The notes under the pieces: model-generated
Told to the model about the DNA's origin: nothing
Databases searched by the model: none
Seen by the model: only the letters and a program-made list of their open reading frames with translations
Program-made: the position numbers and the translations under genes
NCBI GenBank assembly: GCA_012295275.1
Contig: CM022671.1
Span: 34,100,001-34,164,000, forward strand
Length of the DNA: 64,000 nt
DNA from: Chrysomallon squamiferum
Taxonomy: Eukaryota; Animalia; Mollusca
Direction of reading: 5' to 3'
Shown: positions 14,975 through 29,799 of the stretch, piece by piece
How positions within the stretch are numbered: position 1 is the stretch's first letter
Layout of the letters: each line of letters opens with the position of its first letter

Positions 14975-15521
14975 TTCCACATTCAGACAGACACAAGTAT
15001 ACATGTCCAAAGGATTAAAATAATTATTAATAGATCTGAGAATTTGTTAACTGAGCTACACAGATGAGCTAATGAAAGTGTTTGTGTGCGTGTAAAAAAG
15101 AGTTAAGATGTTCATATTTGGAAGTATGAAAAGTGTTTTACTGAATGTTTAAACATAAGTAAATACATAAAATAAAACTGAAAAATGGCCACATGTCAAA
15201 TACAGATAAAAAAACAATATTGTGTTTCTTGAATATATTAGATATATATAAATATATATCACAGATATATCCTTTTATGTCAAAAATACATACAGTATCT
15301 ATATTTTCATTTACTGCTTGATGATTTAAAAAAAAAAAAAAAAGTAAATAAATATAATGTATAATTAATTTAACCAAATGTTTTCAAGTACATCATTTTG
15401 TATGTATATATATGCATGTGTAGGTATGTATTTCTATGAAAGCATGTAAATAATCTATTGTATAGTCTACATTCATGTATCTTGTAATTAACATCCAGAT
15501 CTATATGTATATGTGTATGTG

Positions 15522-15564
<43 letters not shown>

Positions 15565-17306
15565 ATATTTTGCTATTGGCTTGTTTATTTGTTTGAATAA
15601 AACTTTAATTTCTGCACCTAAATACTCCACTTTTTAAAATTTTAATCTATTTGAAGCCAAAATAAATGTTTTTATTAGTGTAATAAAATGGGAGGGCAGA
15701 CTTTTATGACAAAATTATTGTTTTATTAATGATATATTTAGTTTCATCCTTTTATTGTATATGTTCTTTTCATGATAAAATTTGTTATTTAAATAAATGG
15801 AGTTTTGTGAAAATAAAATTAGCATTTCAAAAAATAAAATTAAATTAAAAAAAATAATAACAAAGTTAAATTAACAAAATAACAAAAAATATGTTGTTGA
15901 TGTTAAATTAGTGGATTTTTTTTTTTTGTTTATAATACAATTTTTTGTGTGTTTTGTTTTTTCAGCAGTGTACATAATTGTTATTCATAATTTTCAATTT
16001 AAAATTATTGTTTTGTAAATTTTAAAGATGATGAAAAAAACAATAAAACAAAACAAAAATAGCAGAAAGTAAATACAGAAGACATAAAAAACCACATAAA
16101 AAAGGAGAAAGAATAGAAATAAAAAGCAAAATAGTTTCGTCTAAAACTGACAGAAACTGTATAGAAAATAATAAAGGTAAATACATATATGCACACACAC
16201 ATAGGCACACACAAACCAAAATAAATGCACACACACAATGACACACAGAGAAACATAAATATGTTATTGAAACATCCATCTAATTAAAGTCTAATAATAC
16301 TTTTCACATAAATTTCATATTCTAACAAAAAAGTTGACATTATTTTGAATGTGTTCTTTATTGCATAAATTTATGTATTTGAAGGACCCACAAATATGAT
16401 ATACCTGTAGACATAAACACATACACACACATAATATTATGCACATACACATGTACCATAAAATACATAAACTGACAAATCTTCAAACCAAAATTAAGAA
16501 AAGAGAGAAAAATACAAATTACTTTATCCAAAACTGGTAATCACTATTTATAGAAATCATTATGCTTAAATATAGTTACTACTGTGGATTTGAATATATA
16601 AAGTGTCTACTCATGACTTTCAACATTTTGTACCTGTTTGTGAACATGCACCTCCTGTGCCTGGGATTACCTAGAGTCATTAAATCCAAGTTGAAAAAGC
16701 TGCTTTTAAAACCAAATTGCACTTTTAGCTTAATTCATCAGATTTAAGTACAATTGGTAGGCTGCTGTGGGGATGGTCTTAAATAAAATTTATTGGTTTG
16801 TTTTTCTACAGAGGAGGTCAGCGTTGAAGACATTTTCACTTGAAGTATAAATTTATTTCTTTGGCTTTTATTAATGCTGTGTGCTGATAATTAGTTTTAT
16901 TTACTTATTTATGATTTCATTGCACCAACTTTTTAATAAAGTAAAAGGATAACAAAGTCAGAACAAAAAGTTAGGTTTTGGGAGAATTTATATATATATA
17001 TATATATAAAATTTGATTAAAAAGTCTTGACATTAGAGCTAAAAAAAACCAACAACAAAACAATCAACATACAGAAATCATTAACAGAAGCAGACAAACA
17101 AACAAGAGTTATAAATTTAGAATTTTTTAATTTGAAAATGGTTTAAATTAATTATGATATGCAAAGAGCACTTCTTTGGAATAATTTATATGGTAACTTG
17201 AGAATTTATTCTTTGGTCTTTTTATTTTATTATTTTTTTTTTTTCATAATCATTTTACTCATATTCTTCCTTTTTTATATTTTTATTATTTTTATTATTA
17301 TTATTA

Positions 17307-17337
<31 letters not shown>

Positions 17338-18832
17338 TTATGCCTCTGAAATGTTTAATTTACTTGTTTATTTATTTTTCTTTTCTTTTTCTTCTTGTGA
17401 TTTCAAAATATTTATGAAAACAATTTAGCTATTCATTATTGCATTCCCTATATAATGTTTTATATTAATAATCAGTAAATTAAATTCTTTTTACTCTTTT
17501 AAAAAGATTTTCAAATGCTCTGTTCATAACTGTTCTGTATTTGGTATAGTGTCATATTTCTTGTTATTTTAAATATGTTTTAAAAATATTTTGCTCATAA
17601 CTACAATTTGCTTAATGGATTTTATATGCATAGGTTTGCCATCTCATTGTTTATGTGAATTATTCTCGTGGATTTAAAATATGGTCAAAAAATATTTTGT
17701 TTATAATTATTCATTATTTAATATCTTGTATATGTTTAAGTTTACCCATTCACTGTTTAGTTTGATAAGAGCCATATTTGTTTGCTACTGAAAGCATGTT
17801 TGGATGTGGCAGTTGATAAACTTCTATACAGGACATTTATTGTTTGTCCTATTGATATAAACACTGTCAACAGCAAAACAGTGTGTTTTAGATGATAAAA
17901 TTACCAGGTAACTAAAGAATGTTGTTTTACTTTACATTCACATTTCCGATTAATTGATAAACAAGTAAGTATATGTTTCATTCTCCCACCTACTTTCTTC
18001 AGTAACAGTTACCCTTTTCAAATGAAGCAGAAAAAATTAAATTTCAGAGATCATATTCAGCAAGAATCAAGGAAATTATTTTTAAATGTTCCTGTTTGGT
18101 TACCTGGGTGTACGACTGATTCAGCATTCTAAGGTTGTGATTTACTTGCTATATCATTTTCATTTATTTGTTTCCATATGTTGTTGAGTACAGAATCTGT
18201 ATTTTGCGATGTATTTATGATTTGTTTATTTCAAAATATTTTTGAAAGTAATGTTATAAAGTATTTGAAAAATCCATTTTTATTAGTAAACCATTTTCCA
18301 TTAAAGATTGACTTTGATGTGTGTACTCATCTGATTTCTTTTCTATTTTATTGTTTTTAATCTCACATTTTCTTTCTTTCATTCCATCTTTTCTGTCTAT
18401 TTCTTTCATGCATTCACATTTTGTCTCTCCTTACTTATTCCATCATTTCTTTATCTCTCTTTTCTTTTCTTTTCTTTCTCAGTTTTTGTGTTATGATCAA
18501 TTGTGAAAGTAAATTACTGCAGCCAGTGCATGGATTATTCTTATTGAACAGCAAGATATCTTTTTGCCTGTCTTCATGTAAATTATGTGATAAACTAGTC
18601 TGGGTACCCCAGAAAGCATCAGGCAGGATAGATCTGTTACTGAACTCTAATCTGCTTTATCTTAAATTCATTTTAAATTCTAAAGTAAAAAATATAAAAC
18701 TGAAAACAACACTACTCCAACAACAACAACAGCAACAACAACAATTACAGCAATAATAATAATAAAAAACAAACAAAATAAATAAATAAATAAAAAGATG
18801 TTTATTATTCCTTTACTCTCTGCTATTTGCAG

Positions 18833-19111
18833 ACGCCACCATCTCAGGGCTCTACACCAAACAAGGTTGCCACACCAGTGGTGGGTGCTGCTAAAAGGAA
18901 GCAGAAATCATCATCACTTGATACACCAGCATCACAGACGTCACCACAGCATCAAGTACCAAACCAATCCCAGCAACCACTGCTCATGATGGCAGCTCAG
19001 CATGGGTTGTCACCACAACAGGTTCAGCAACTGCTACAACAGCAACTGGTGTCACCAGGGCAGCTGCAGCAGATGATGCAGCAACAGCAAAGTTTGATGG
19101 TGCAGCAGCAG
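18833..19111 (+). CDS. FoxP: FoxP exon 3, Q-rich (TPPSQGS...LSPQQVQQLLQQQLVSPGQLQQMMQQQ...)
   Basis: atttgcag| acceptor and CAG|gttagt donor; 279 nt, phase 0/0; resembles the FoxP N-terminal 'PQQ.QQ.LQQQ.LSPQQLQ' region. Confidence 0.93.
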
Positions 19112-20350
19112 GTTAGTTAATTCAAGAGTTCGTAGATAAAGTATTGTTTTATGATATCTCTAGCAAATAATGATTAAATCCCTGTCTTCTAAATTAATGG
19201 AGATCAAACACATGGTATTTATAAATCTTCAAAGGAAGCTGTGTTTTCCTGTTTGCAACAGTGTTTTTTTCCATAGACAGCACAGCAGATTCCTAATACA
19301 TCAGATTTGTAGCATGGCTATGATTATATATATATATATATATATAAGGTCAATGAATAATCTTTATAATTTATATTTGTTAAGTAGTTCTGCAAGTTTT
19401 GTTGTTGTTGTTGTTTTTTTTTTTTTTTTTTGTTTTTTTATTTTTTTTTTTTTTTTTGTTCCTTACAAAGATTTATGCATAGAAAACAACAACAATTAGT
19501 ACATACAGCTGTTAACAATCAATAATAACTGAGCAGGACACATTATATATTCAGAATTAATTTAATACTAAAACAGATATATTAAATTAATTTCTATCTA
19601 TGATAAATAAGTCTCATTTAAATATGAAATAAAAGAAATGGGGGAAGAAAAACATAATAAAATTTTGAGTGATTAGTTTTTCATTATAGGAAAAATACAA
19701 AACACAAGGTTATTAGATAAAATTATGATAGTAATTAAATAACAATGTTAGAAATTCTTAAAATTAAATATATATAAATATAAATATAATAAAAAAACAA
19801 GAAAAAAGAAGAAGATAATTAGCTTATGTCTGTATGTGGCAACAAAATTGTTTTAAATGCATACTATGTAAAATTATGTTTTCATTTAATAAAAAGAAGA
19901 TAAGAAAAGCTGACAAATTTGAGTAATTAAAGAATAACAACACTTGTTTTTATCAATTAATCTACAATAAAACAGTATTCTGTTTTCTGTCATGAACAAA
20001 TTGAATTTTATTTATCTTTATTTTATGATGTTCTTTTAATTAAATTAACTGCCTTAAGAATAATCAGATTTTATTTCTTAAAAAGAAGAAAGTAAAATGT
20101 TGAATTTAAACTTCATATAATAAAAAACAAACATGAGCTACAATAATGATTATATTAGCAACTAGAATTTTTACAGTTTCTTGCTCTTTAAATTTGAATT
20201 ACTGGAATCAAGTATTTTTATTTTTACTTTTCGAAATAATAATAATAATTATAACTACTACAGCAACAACAGCAACAGCTATAATAATATTTCTAAGTAG
20301 CCATTGTTTTTGTTGTTGTTGATTATTTTCATTATTATTACTTCACACAG

Positions 20351-20618
20351 CAGCAGCAGCAAAAGTTACATGACAATCTACTGCATCAGCTGAATGAACA
20401 ACTACAACTAAACGTCCTCCAGCAATCACAGATCATCCAGCAACAACAGCAGCAGCAACAGCAAGAAAAGACAAAGAACAGTAAGCAGACACAACAGCAG
20501 CTGCAGCAACTTGCACTACAGCAACAGCAGTTAATTCAGCAGATACAGCAAATACAACTGCAGCAACGACAATATTTGTTGGCATGTCTAGTGCAGCCTT
20601 TTGGAGGTGTACCTCAAA
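20351..20618 (+). CDS. FoxP: FoxP exon 4, Q-rich (QQQQKLHDNLLHQLNEQLQLNVLQQ...QRQYLLACLVQPFGGVPQ)
   Basis: cacacag| acceptor and A|gtaagt donor; 268 nt, phase 0/1; EQLQL and QQL..QQQQL motifs typical of FoxP. Absent from the ORF track because it has no start codon. Confidence 0.93.
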
Positions 20619-21136
20619 GTAAGTAAAGTTTAATTTTATGTATACCAATACTGTAATTCATAATGTTCAATTGCATAAAATACAGGATGGCATTATTACA
20701 GGATAAATAAAAAAAATAAAAAGAGAAAGAAAATAATAATTCATGTTGCAGTATGTTTCTATGTGAGATTAAGAAATAATCCACTGTATTCACTTTTGAC
20801 CATGTGCATGAAATGTGTTAGGGGAGAAGATTCTGTTTTGTCTTCCCTAATGTAGAAATGAATCTTATCAAACAACCAAGCATTAATTTGATTTATTGGT
20901 TATGAATAAATGAAAACTGAACACTTCATACTTAATCCTTTGTGCTGTATGTATCAACTCTATCCAAACTCATCTGGATTACACCAAAAAACAACAAAAA
21001 ACCCTTCAAAACACCCACAGGACAAAAACTAATTATTTAATTCAGCCAGACCTAATTGTTTGTTGAAAATCTGTACCAGTATGTTTTCTGTTGAAGAATC
21101 CACATATCTCCATCATCTTAAACCAATTAGTATTTA

Positions 21137-21340
21137 TGTATAAATAAGAGTGTTGACGATTATTTGCCGTCACCAAATTCTGTATGTGTTGAATCCTGGC
21201 ACTGGGAATATGCCTGACCAAGACAAGTGTTTTACATGTATAAATAAGACTAGTGCAGATTGTTTGCTATCACCGAACTTTGTATGTGTCGAGTCCCAGC
21301 ACTGGAATGACGTCTGACGCGAACAAGTGTATTACTGTAC
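21137..21340 (+). repeat. Diverged tandem duplication, period 100 bp, about 70% identity
   Basis: 21141-21240 vs 21241-21340 align ungapped at 70/100 by hand count; both units start TGTATAAATAAGA. Confidence 0.9.
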
Positions 21341-21372
21341 CTGTTACTTAAGCCGCAGTATTTGACACGGTC

Positions 21373-21442
21373 ATGTGGCCTCATGCCACAGGTTGGCGTT
21401 TAACAACGTTCCGGCTGGGATGTCTTATTGCTGTTTGTATAG
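21373..21442 (+). CDS. FoxP: Candidate alternative first coding exon (MWPHATGWRLTTFRLGCLIAVCI) splicing to exon 5
   Basis: ATG 21373 follows an in-frame TAA (21349-21351). The 70 nt end at AG|GTGAGC in phase 1, matching exon 5. TATAAATA at 21139 and 21239. Confidence 0.35.
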
Positions 21443-24323
21443 GTGAGCAGAAGGATTGTATGTGAGTTGTCTTTGTACAACTGGTTCATGTTGGGTGAGA
21501 AAAGAAAATAGCTTTAGAAACTCGTTAATCTCAATTTTAAGCTGCAGATGATGGTGGATTGAAATAGTTTCGTTGATTTAAATTGTTTGGCCTTTTCCTT
21601 TTCTTGTGGTTCTTTTCTATTATGTTTCTTTTTTGTGGGTTTTTCACTTAGTATTTATTTATGGTGTTGTTGTTTTTTGTGCTTCTTATTTCATTATTTA
21701 TTTATTGTGTTTTTTTGTGCTTCTTATTTCTATATTTATTTATTTATTTATTTATTTTTCACTGTCATCTCACTATATATATTTTTTTAATTTCTCAGTA
21801 GTGAATAATTTTTATGTAGATTTTTTATGTTATAAAAAATAAATTATTATATAAATAAATTAAATTAATAATGACAATATTTGAGGCACTGAATAATAAA
21901 AAAAAAAAAAAATAAACAACTGGATAAAAAAAAAAAAAAATTCCATAAGCATGTAAATAAATAAATAAATCAATCAATAAATAAATAACTGAAAAAAAAA
22001 AAAAACCCACCTTCCACAAAATATAAGAAAATACAATGAAAATTAAAATATCAACACCTTCATCCGCAATCCATTTTATTTAATATAATATTAAGCCTAC
22101 TCTTTGTTTATCTGTGAATTATCAAGAATTGGGTAGCTTGAGCCAGAAATATCTTGTTTAATTATGAATGTTTTTTCTATAGAGTACACAATAAATCATA
22201 ATGTCCACATACAATAGTTACTGCTTCATTTATTTCTCTGTCAGTCTTACCTGATTAAATTTATAGATTCTTGTTTATGTATACATTTATTATGTCAATA
22301 ATTCTGATTAACTCTTGTTTATTGATTTGCTAGTTATGTCCCTTAATCACGTACTTTAGTGTACATTGTTTGTAAGTGCTGTAGTAATTGATCCAGTTTT
22401 TGAAAATTATTCTAATTTGGAATCAGAAGAATTTCAGAAAAAAAAAGTAAAGTAAATTTAAAATAATTGATTTCTAATTCTTTTAATATTATCTGTTCAA
22501 TAATTAACATTTAAAAAATTTATATTTATTATTTATTTTATATAATTATATAATAATTATTATTATTATTATTGCTAAACAAGTATTTCTAATTAAAGAA
22601 GGATACATTTAACATACTGCTTCAGATATTTTTTCCAGTTCAGGAAAAATTTGACAGTCAAAAATAAAAAAAAACTGAATGTTGTTTACATAACTTTATT
22701 ATGATTTAGAGTTTTTAAATTATTAATATACTAAATCACTTGTTGGGAATTTTGTGGAAAATGATGAAATCCTATGCTGGACATCTTAGATCTCAAGTTC
22801 TCAGATTGCTATATTAAAATATTTCTGTATTGGTAAACGTCATATGTAAGGACTCAGTGAGAAGGTCTTAATGTTGACTGGTACACAATGAAACAATTCA
22901 GTTTTAAGTGCAAGTATTGCCTGCTGAAAACTCCAATACTGAACAAACACAACTTTAATTAGCTGCATACCACTGGTGATATTAACAGAAGCAGGACATG
23001 ATTATTTGTTTGTTTTTGTTAGACATGTTAATTAGACAGGCTTTATGTGAATATTTTTTTTTTTTTTTTGTGTTTGTTTGTTTGTGATGGCTTGGTTGTA
23101 GAAAATAAAAGATGATTGTATTCAAAATTTACTTTTAAAAACCCTTAAGCTTCAAAGCTGACCAAATGAAAAGAAAAGGATGGTTTGTGGGTAAAAAAAT
23201 TTGGGAATAATTCTCACCATCGACCGGTGAATTAGATGATGTTCATCATGCACAGTGGTGTAAACATTGACCACAAAACAAATAAGACTGGATCAAAAGC
23301 AGAAGTTAATTTAGTGGTAATGCTGTCACCACCGCGCTATTTTCTGTTGCTTACCCAAGTTGGTGCGTGAATGAAACTGAAGGAATTAAAGTGGAGGAGA
23401 CTCTGCGGCAAAGTTTATTTAGGGTTTATTGGCAGAAATGTCAACCGCTTTCCTTCAGCTCAGAGCTTTGTTTACCATCACTAAAAATCATTCCAGCACA
23501 GCCCAACGAAATTAACTGGCGATAAATATGAGCCCCGTCGTATTGACAAGGGAAATATGTTTTAGTTTGTGGAAAATACCAATATTTAGAATTACTCAAC
23601 TGGAGTCAAATATAGGCAGGCAGGAGAGGGGAAAATTCAATCAGGTCCTGTGCAGGGCTGTTTGATTTTGATTCTGAATAAACACAAGATGATGCACATG
23701 TCGAAATGTCTTTATATTCCAGCAAGACCTTCCTCGACCCGCAAATCAAATATGTCTGACTGTTGTTAGCATTTGTTGCCCCTATGTCTTCTCACGGATT
23801 TTCATGGATTTTCACCCATTGCTACAGGCTATCATATCGAATAGAAAATAAATAACAAGACAAATATCTAAAGCAAAGTTTTCAAAGTTTTCTCAGTTTT
23901 AGGTAGCAGTAACTTGAATTGTGTAAGAAAACTATTATGATCATAGAACAAAAAATGTTGCGACTATGAAGCATGAATATAAGGAGTTGTTTCACAACAA
24001 TAGATATATATATATATATATATGAAATGGATGTTTTTAAGCATATACCCATTTGTGTATTAATACTAACTTTCTTCTTCTGTTAGGTTGCTTTTGTCAG
24101 TTTGGAAGTGTCAAATTTCTGTTTTGAACAAACACAAATGCAGATTAACTCAAAATCTCTTATTAAATTATGTTTACTTTTTTCTTCTATTTCTTGTAAA
24201 TTTATGCCATCATTTTTCATCTACTCTTTATACATGCAGATGGAAATGAAAATAAATGTTTCATCATGAATACATATATGCATGAAAATTATGCATATCA
24301 TCTTTTCTCTTTTTTTTAAAAAC

Positions 24324-24354
<31 letters not shown>

Positions 24355-25087
24355 TAAAATTAAAACGATGATATAAATTAAATCTCAAAATACAATTCAT
24401 CAGTTATTCAGTGCTGGTTTTTATTATTATTTTTTTTCCCATAGACTCTTTTCTCAGTAAAATGACAGGTCATGCTTACCTTTGCCAAAGATATGAAACA
24501 ATATTTTAAAATTTTATAGCTATCAGCTCGCTTCTTGTTTAATGGCAGATAAAACAGACCAAAGTGTCACTTGATGTTGTTTATGTCCTGCCTGGACAGC
24601 TTGTGCTGAAAGATTTATAAAACATAGACACAAAACTGGAAGGAATGAAGTCCAACTGTACATACTGCATTGTCATATGATGCACATATAAAAGACACTG
24701 CTATATTTATTATAATGATTCATATTATGACTTCTTTGAATTGTCATCGGTTAGTGTTTCTTTGACTGACACCTTATCTATGTTTTTCATTATACGCATG
24801 AAATTCAATATGGTGGGGTTTTTTAATAAAAATTTTGATGGGTGTTTTAGCATGCATGCTTTTGAAGACAAAAATAAAATGTTGTACAGAACATTAAAAA
24901 CAAACTGAGCCATTCATTCTAATACGTTACAACGATTAATTAGCATGATGAATTGTTAAAAGACTATATTAGAAAAAAGTGTGTGTGTGTCTGTCACTGT
25001 GCATGTTTGTGCCAGTGCCTGTTTATGTGTGTGTGTGTGTGTGTTTGTGTGTGTGTTTGTGTGTGTATGTGTGTGTGTGTGTCTGCA

Positions 25088-25127
<40 letters not shown>

Positions 25128-26541
25128 TGATAATTATCGGGACCTAACACTGTATGTGTAGAGTATTTGCATATCATCAGATAAAAATCTCTCCATATAT
25201 ATTACTTATTTTTCTCTTTGATCTGGTGATAATATTATTACCCTTTTGCATTTTTTCTGACACTCAGTATATAATCAGCAGTTCATCTAAAATGGTGATA
25301 AAGTAACATTGTATACCTTTGTTGATATCCTAATCATCTGGAGAGAGAGAAAAAAATAACAACACTATTTCAAAATTTATTCTTCTTAAATTACGGTTTC
25401 AACAAACCAGTAAACAAAAAATAAATAAAAAAAGGTTTACTTTTTGAATGACTCTCAAGAAATATATGTTTATATGACTAATGTGTGTACTGTGCATGCA
25501 TTTGTCTTTGTGTCTTTTTATGTATGTTACCATTGTGTTTGTGTGTGTGTGTATGCACGTATGATGATATATATGTATGTGTATCATTTTAACATAATTT
25601 TCTGTAGATGATTGTACATTATGATCATATAAAATAAGTACACAACTCCATGGGCTGCTGTTGTTAGCAACATGGAATCTTACTTAATGCAAACAAGAAT
25701 TCACATACATTAGGCTTTTATAATTTCATACATACATCACAGTAACCTTTAATAGCATGCTGAATATTATAAAATATTTATAAATATATTTAACAGGTAC
25801 CAGTAGTAGAGTTTCTTCTTTCACTCTAATATTGCAGAAGATGATATTTGGCATTCGCTGTTAAAATGAAATACATTTATTTGTTTTATTGTTTATGCTG
25901 TAACAGTGTACTTTTCTACTTTGATGTAGTTTTGCACCTAATTAACAACTAATCAAATGAGTGTGATAAAATCATGATAAATATTCTTAATTTAGGTCCA
26001 TTACTATGTAATATATATATATTGTTACATTATGACCGTTAAAAATAATACATTTTAAAATTGTTTTTAACAAAGATTCTTATCTTTTTAATGTATGACC
26101 TCTGAGTTTCCTTTATGTAAACTATTAACATAAGTACAAAATATTTAATATGTAGTAGAGAATTACTGTAACATATGATCAAATTAAAAAGTAAAAAAAA
26201 TAAACAATCACATACATAAAAAAAAGAAAAAAAAGTATTAATAATAATAATAATAATAAATACATAAATACATAAATACGTAAATCTTTTTGTTTTTCTA
26301 TAAGTTTTTTCAAATACATATTTTGAATAATTCATTATATAATCAATCATATTTTAATGAAATATTATTCTGAAGCATTGAAAATGTTTTTGTATCTAAT
26401 GTTTTACGTTTTATTTTGTTTCACTTTTTATTCTAGTAATAATTTATTACTCTTAGATAATTAAAAAATAATAATAATTATTATTATTTAAATACTAATT
26501 AATTTTTTTTTTTTTTATTTATTTATTTATTTATTTATTTA

Positions 26542-26573
<32 letters not shown>

Positions 26574-29500
26574 TAATGATGAATTTATTATTTGTATTAA
26601 GCCTATATTTAAATTTAATTATGAAAATTGTTAAAATGTGGATTATAATACAACACCTTAGTCATCATAATAGTGAAGGTACGAAATGGGTTTTAACTGG
26701 TATGCTTAATGAATGCCAAATGCTGTAAAAAGTGTATTGGTATTGATTTTATGACAATTAATTTATTTTAGGTAATAGTATTACTTTTACCAAGACTTTA
26801 CTACCTATACATTAATATTAATCTGGTCATAAATACATATTTATTATTATTGTTTTTGTTAATGTTGTTGTTATTGTTGTTGTTGTTGTTATTATTATTA
26901 TTATTGTTATCATTATCATTATTATTATTGTTATTATTTCATAAATATAGTTTCATTAATGCACAAAATTATTTTTATGTTCAGAAGAACCAAAAAGGAA
27001 TGGAATTATTATTATTATTATTATTTAATTATTTAGTTATTTAATCTTATTCTTTTTAAAATTCTGAAAGGATACGTGTTTTATCTTTATTATTTATTAA
27101 ATGGTCAGTATTTGTGTAAATATACAGTGTATTGTCTTTCAAGGAGGTCATCAGCTGCATTTGTCCTATAGAAACATCCCCTGCCTGCTAAAGTCCAGCT
27201 GGAATAATACTGTCAAATAACTAGAAAGCAGCAACAGCTACTGTAGCAACAACAACCACCATAATAATAACAACAATAAAAAATCCCTGTTATACTGATA
27301 CAGATGAATGGATACTAACAAACAATATTTGATAGTTTAAAAAAAAAAAAAAAAAAAAATAAATTTAGTAATTCTGTTGGTTACCAAGTGTTCATTAAGA
27401 ATGCCAGTTGTGACCTATTTTTCTGTAGGCTTTATAAAGGCTACTGGGGTATTATTTATAGCAAAAGCTACATATAGTTTCATAAAATCTGGCACATTTT
27501 TACTAATTTAAACATACTTGAGTTACTGCTCATATTAAATAATTATATTTAATAAAGTTATTATTCTTTTATTAACACAGCTATTTTGCAGTATATTGTT
27601 TGTACTGAAGGCTGTATAAATGTTATTTTTTAATGTTTCTGTTCTTATTGCTTATTATCTTGCTTTTACTTTTGTATTTTAATTTTTACGTTTTACTTTT
27701 TTATTATGTTTTTAAAAGTAATTAAATGTTAATAATTTTTAATTTTAAAATTAATTCCTTCGTCTCGAGTAATTTTTCCTTTAAATTTATTTATCTTTCT
27801 TTTTTTTTTTCTTTATTCTAGTAATTTATTATTCATTATTAGGTAATAATATTTTTTATGTTTTTCTTTACGTTGCATGTATTTGCATTAGGTTTTTGTT
27901 TTTCTTTTCCGCACCCTCTTTCATCTATTTATGGTAGCTCATTAAAACAGTTAAGTAATATCCTGTTACATATTAAATGTTTGTATTTTCATACATTATT
28001 ATTTTTTTTTAGTATATATTTTTATAATTACTTCTATTAAAGTTTTCAATAATTCATTCAAATTAGTTCAGGCAGGTAACACTCATATATTAAATTTTTT
28101 TCTATCTTTGTTTGAATCTAATTCATGTTACTGTATACATTAAGGTATTTATATTTTTGTTTATTTAGTTATTTATTTAATTATTTTTTTATTTTTTTAT
28201 TTATTTATTTTTTTCTAAATTTATTTGTTTATTTTGTTGTTTTTGTTTATTCAGTATGGTTATTAAAGGATTATAAATTTTTCATTTTCATTTTCTATTA
28301 CATAACATTTTTGCATCTCATTCTCTGCACAGTTTTGTATTAACGTCTAGCAGGATCAACAGTACTGTATTATTATTAATATTTATTTATCTAATTAATT
28401 AATTTTATTTTGGGCTTGTTCCTTTTATCTCTTTTTTCTTTTTCTAATAAGTTAAGAAATGTTTTTGATAAATTTACATTTTTTGTGAACCTCTATATAT
28501 ATTTTTGTTTTTGTTTTTGTTTTTGTTTTTGTAATGTTAAAAAAAAAAAAAATTTTTTAATTACATTTTTATTTTTTTAAATAATTAATTACATTGTATA
28601 AGTAATTTCTTACCACATGTTAAGTTTTTTGCAGCCATGTCTGCATTGTGTCTACATATGCTGTGTCTATCTCTGCTTGCATTTCCTCTGTTTTGTTTAT
28701 ACATGTTGTTGTTGACACCAAACTGTGACCCATTGTTATCAGTTTTTATGTCACAGCTGTAGGGCTTCTAGGTCTTTGTTGTTGTTCTGGACTAGGAAAA
28801 AATAATAACACAGCAACTGTGTTTACATAACATACATTATTTACAGAAACCCTCTGAACAAAAGAAAGGCTGGGAAAAAAAAAAAGGAAAGAAAAACAAA
28901 TTCCTCCATTCGCTACATCACCAACAAGCAGACAAAGGATTTCTTTTCTCTGCCTCCGTTTTCCAATATTTCCTTATCTGTACATTTATATCAGGCCTCA
29001 TACGATTATCCAGTTTGATTTCTGTTACTGCAACACAAACTGTTACTAGTGGACAGTACTAGAATGTATGTTTGTGTGTTTGTGTGTGTTTATATGTGTT
29101 CTTGTGTGTTTATATGTGTGCATGGATATTTGTCTGTGTGTATGTATATATGTAAGTGAATATATATGTGTTGTTTGTGCATGAATGTTTGTGTGTGTGT
29201 GTTTATGTGTAGTGTATCTGTGCACAAGTGTATAATGTGTGTGAATTTGTGCATGGGTGTGTGTGTTATATATATTTCATGTGGACTGAATTAGTACAAC
29301 AAAAATAACATCCTGATGTTTACAGACAGGGCAAGATTTAATTTTTTTTAAATTTTTTTATTTGTGTGTGGCTGCATGTGTATTATGATCTATATAATAT
29401 AAAAGCAACAAAAGTATGATGCTTAAGACACATAATTAGAATTTATAAATGTATTATTTTTTTTATTAAGTATTAGTATATCTTAAGTAATCTGAACACA

Positions 29501-29799
29501 AAGGCCTAATACCTGCAAAAAGCACAAAAATAATTCTGAATATATATGTGTGTGTGTGTGTGCTGTGATACATATATCTTAAGTGATTTGAATTGGTACA
29601 ACAACAGCAGTTCGATATTTATGGTCAACAGCTCTGCGAGATCTGTGGCTCTTTTAATAATAATGTCAACAGAAATATCAAAGACGTATTGGGTGTTATT
29701 TAGTGGTTGCTGGCTGTTGAGCTGGGTAGGTCTATTAAAAGCCTGGCAGCTTGCTTGTTTGGGGCGTACTTTGTCAGCACGATTGATAAAAGCTTTCTG

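Noticed and set aside
16800-16822. Acceptor-like ttttctacag followed by AGGAG|GTCAGC
   Set aside because: Would be a 5-nt frameshifting microexon with a weak donor.
18421-18756. 111-aa ORF ending in polyQ just upstream of exon 3
   Set aside because: Intronic (CAA)n microsatellite followed by stops; no usable splice sites and low-complexity translation.
21280-21330. B-box-like GTCGAGTCC and hammerhead-like CTGACG
   Set aside because: No tRNA cloverleaf, and the CUGANGA...GAAA ribozyme core is incomplete.
24953-25177. VC/HT-repeat ORFs, also at 1657, 15370, 31665, 39128 and 47303
   Set aside because: Translations of (GT)n/(CA)n microsatellites.
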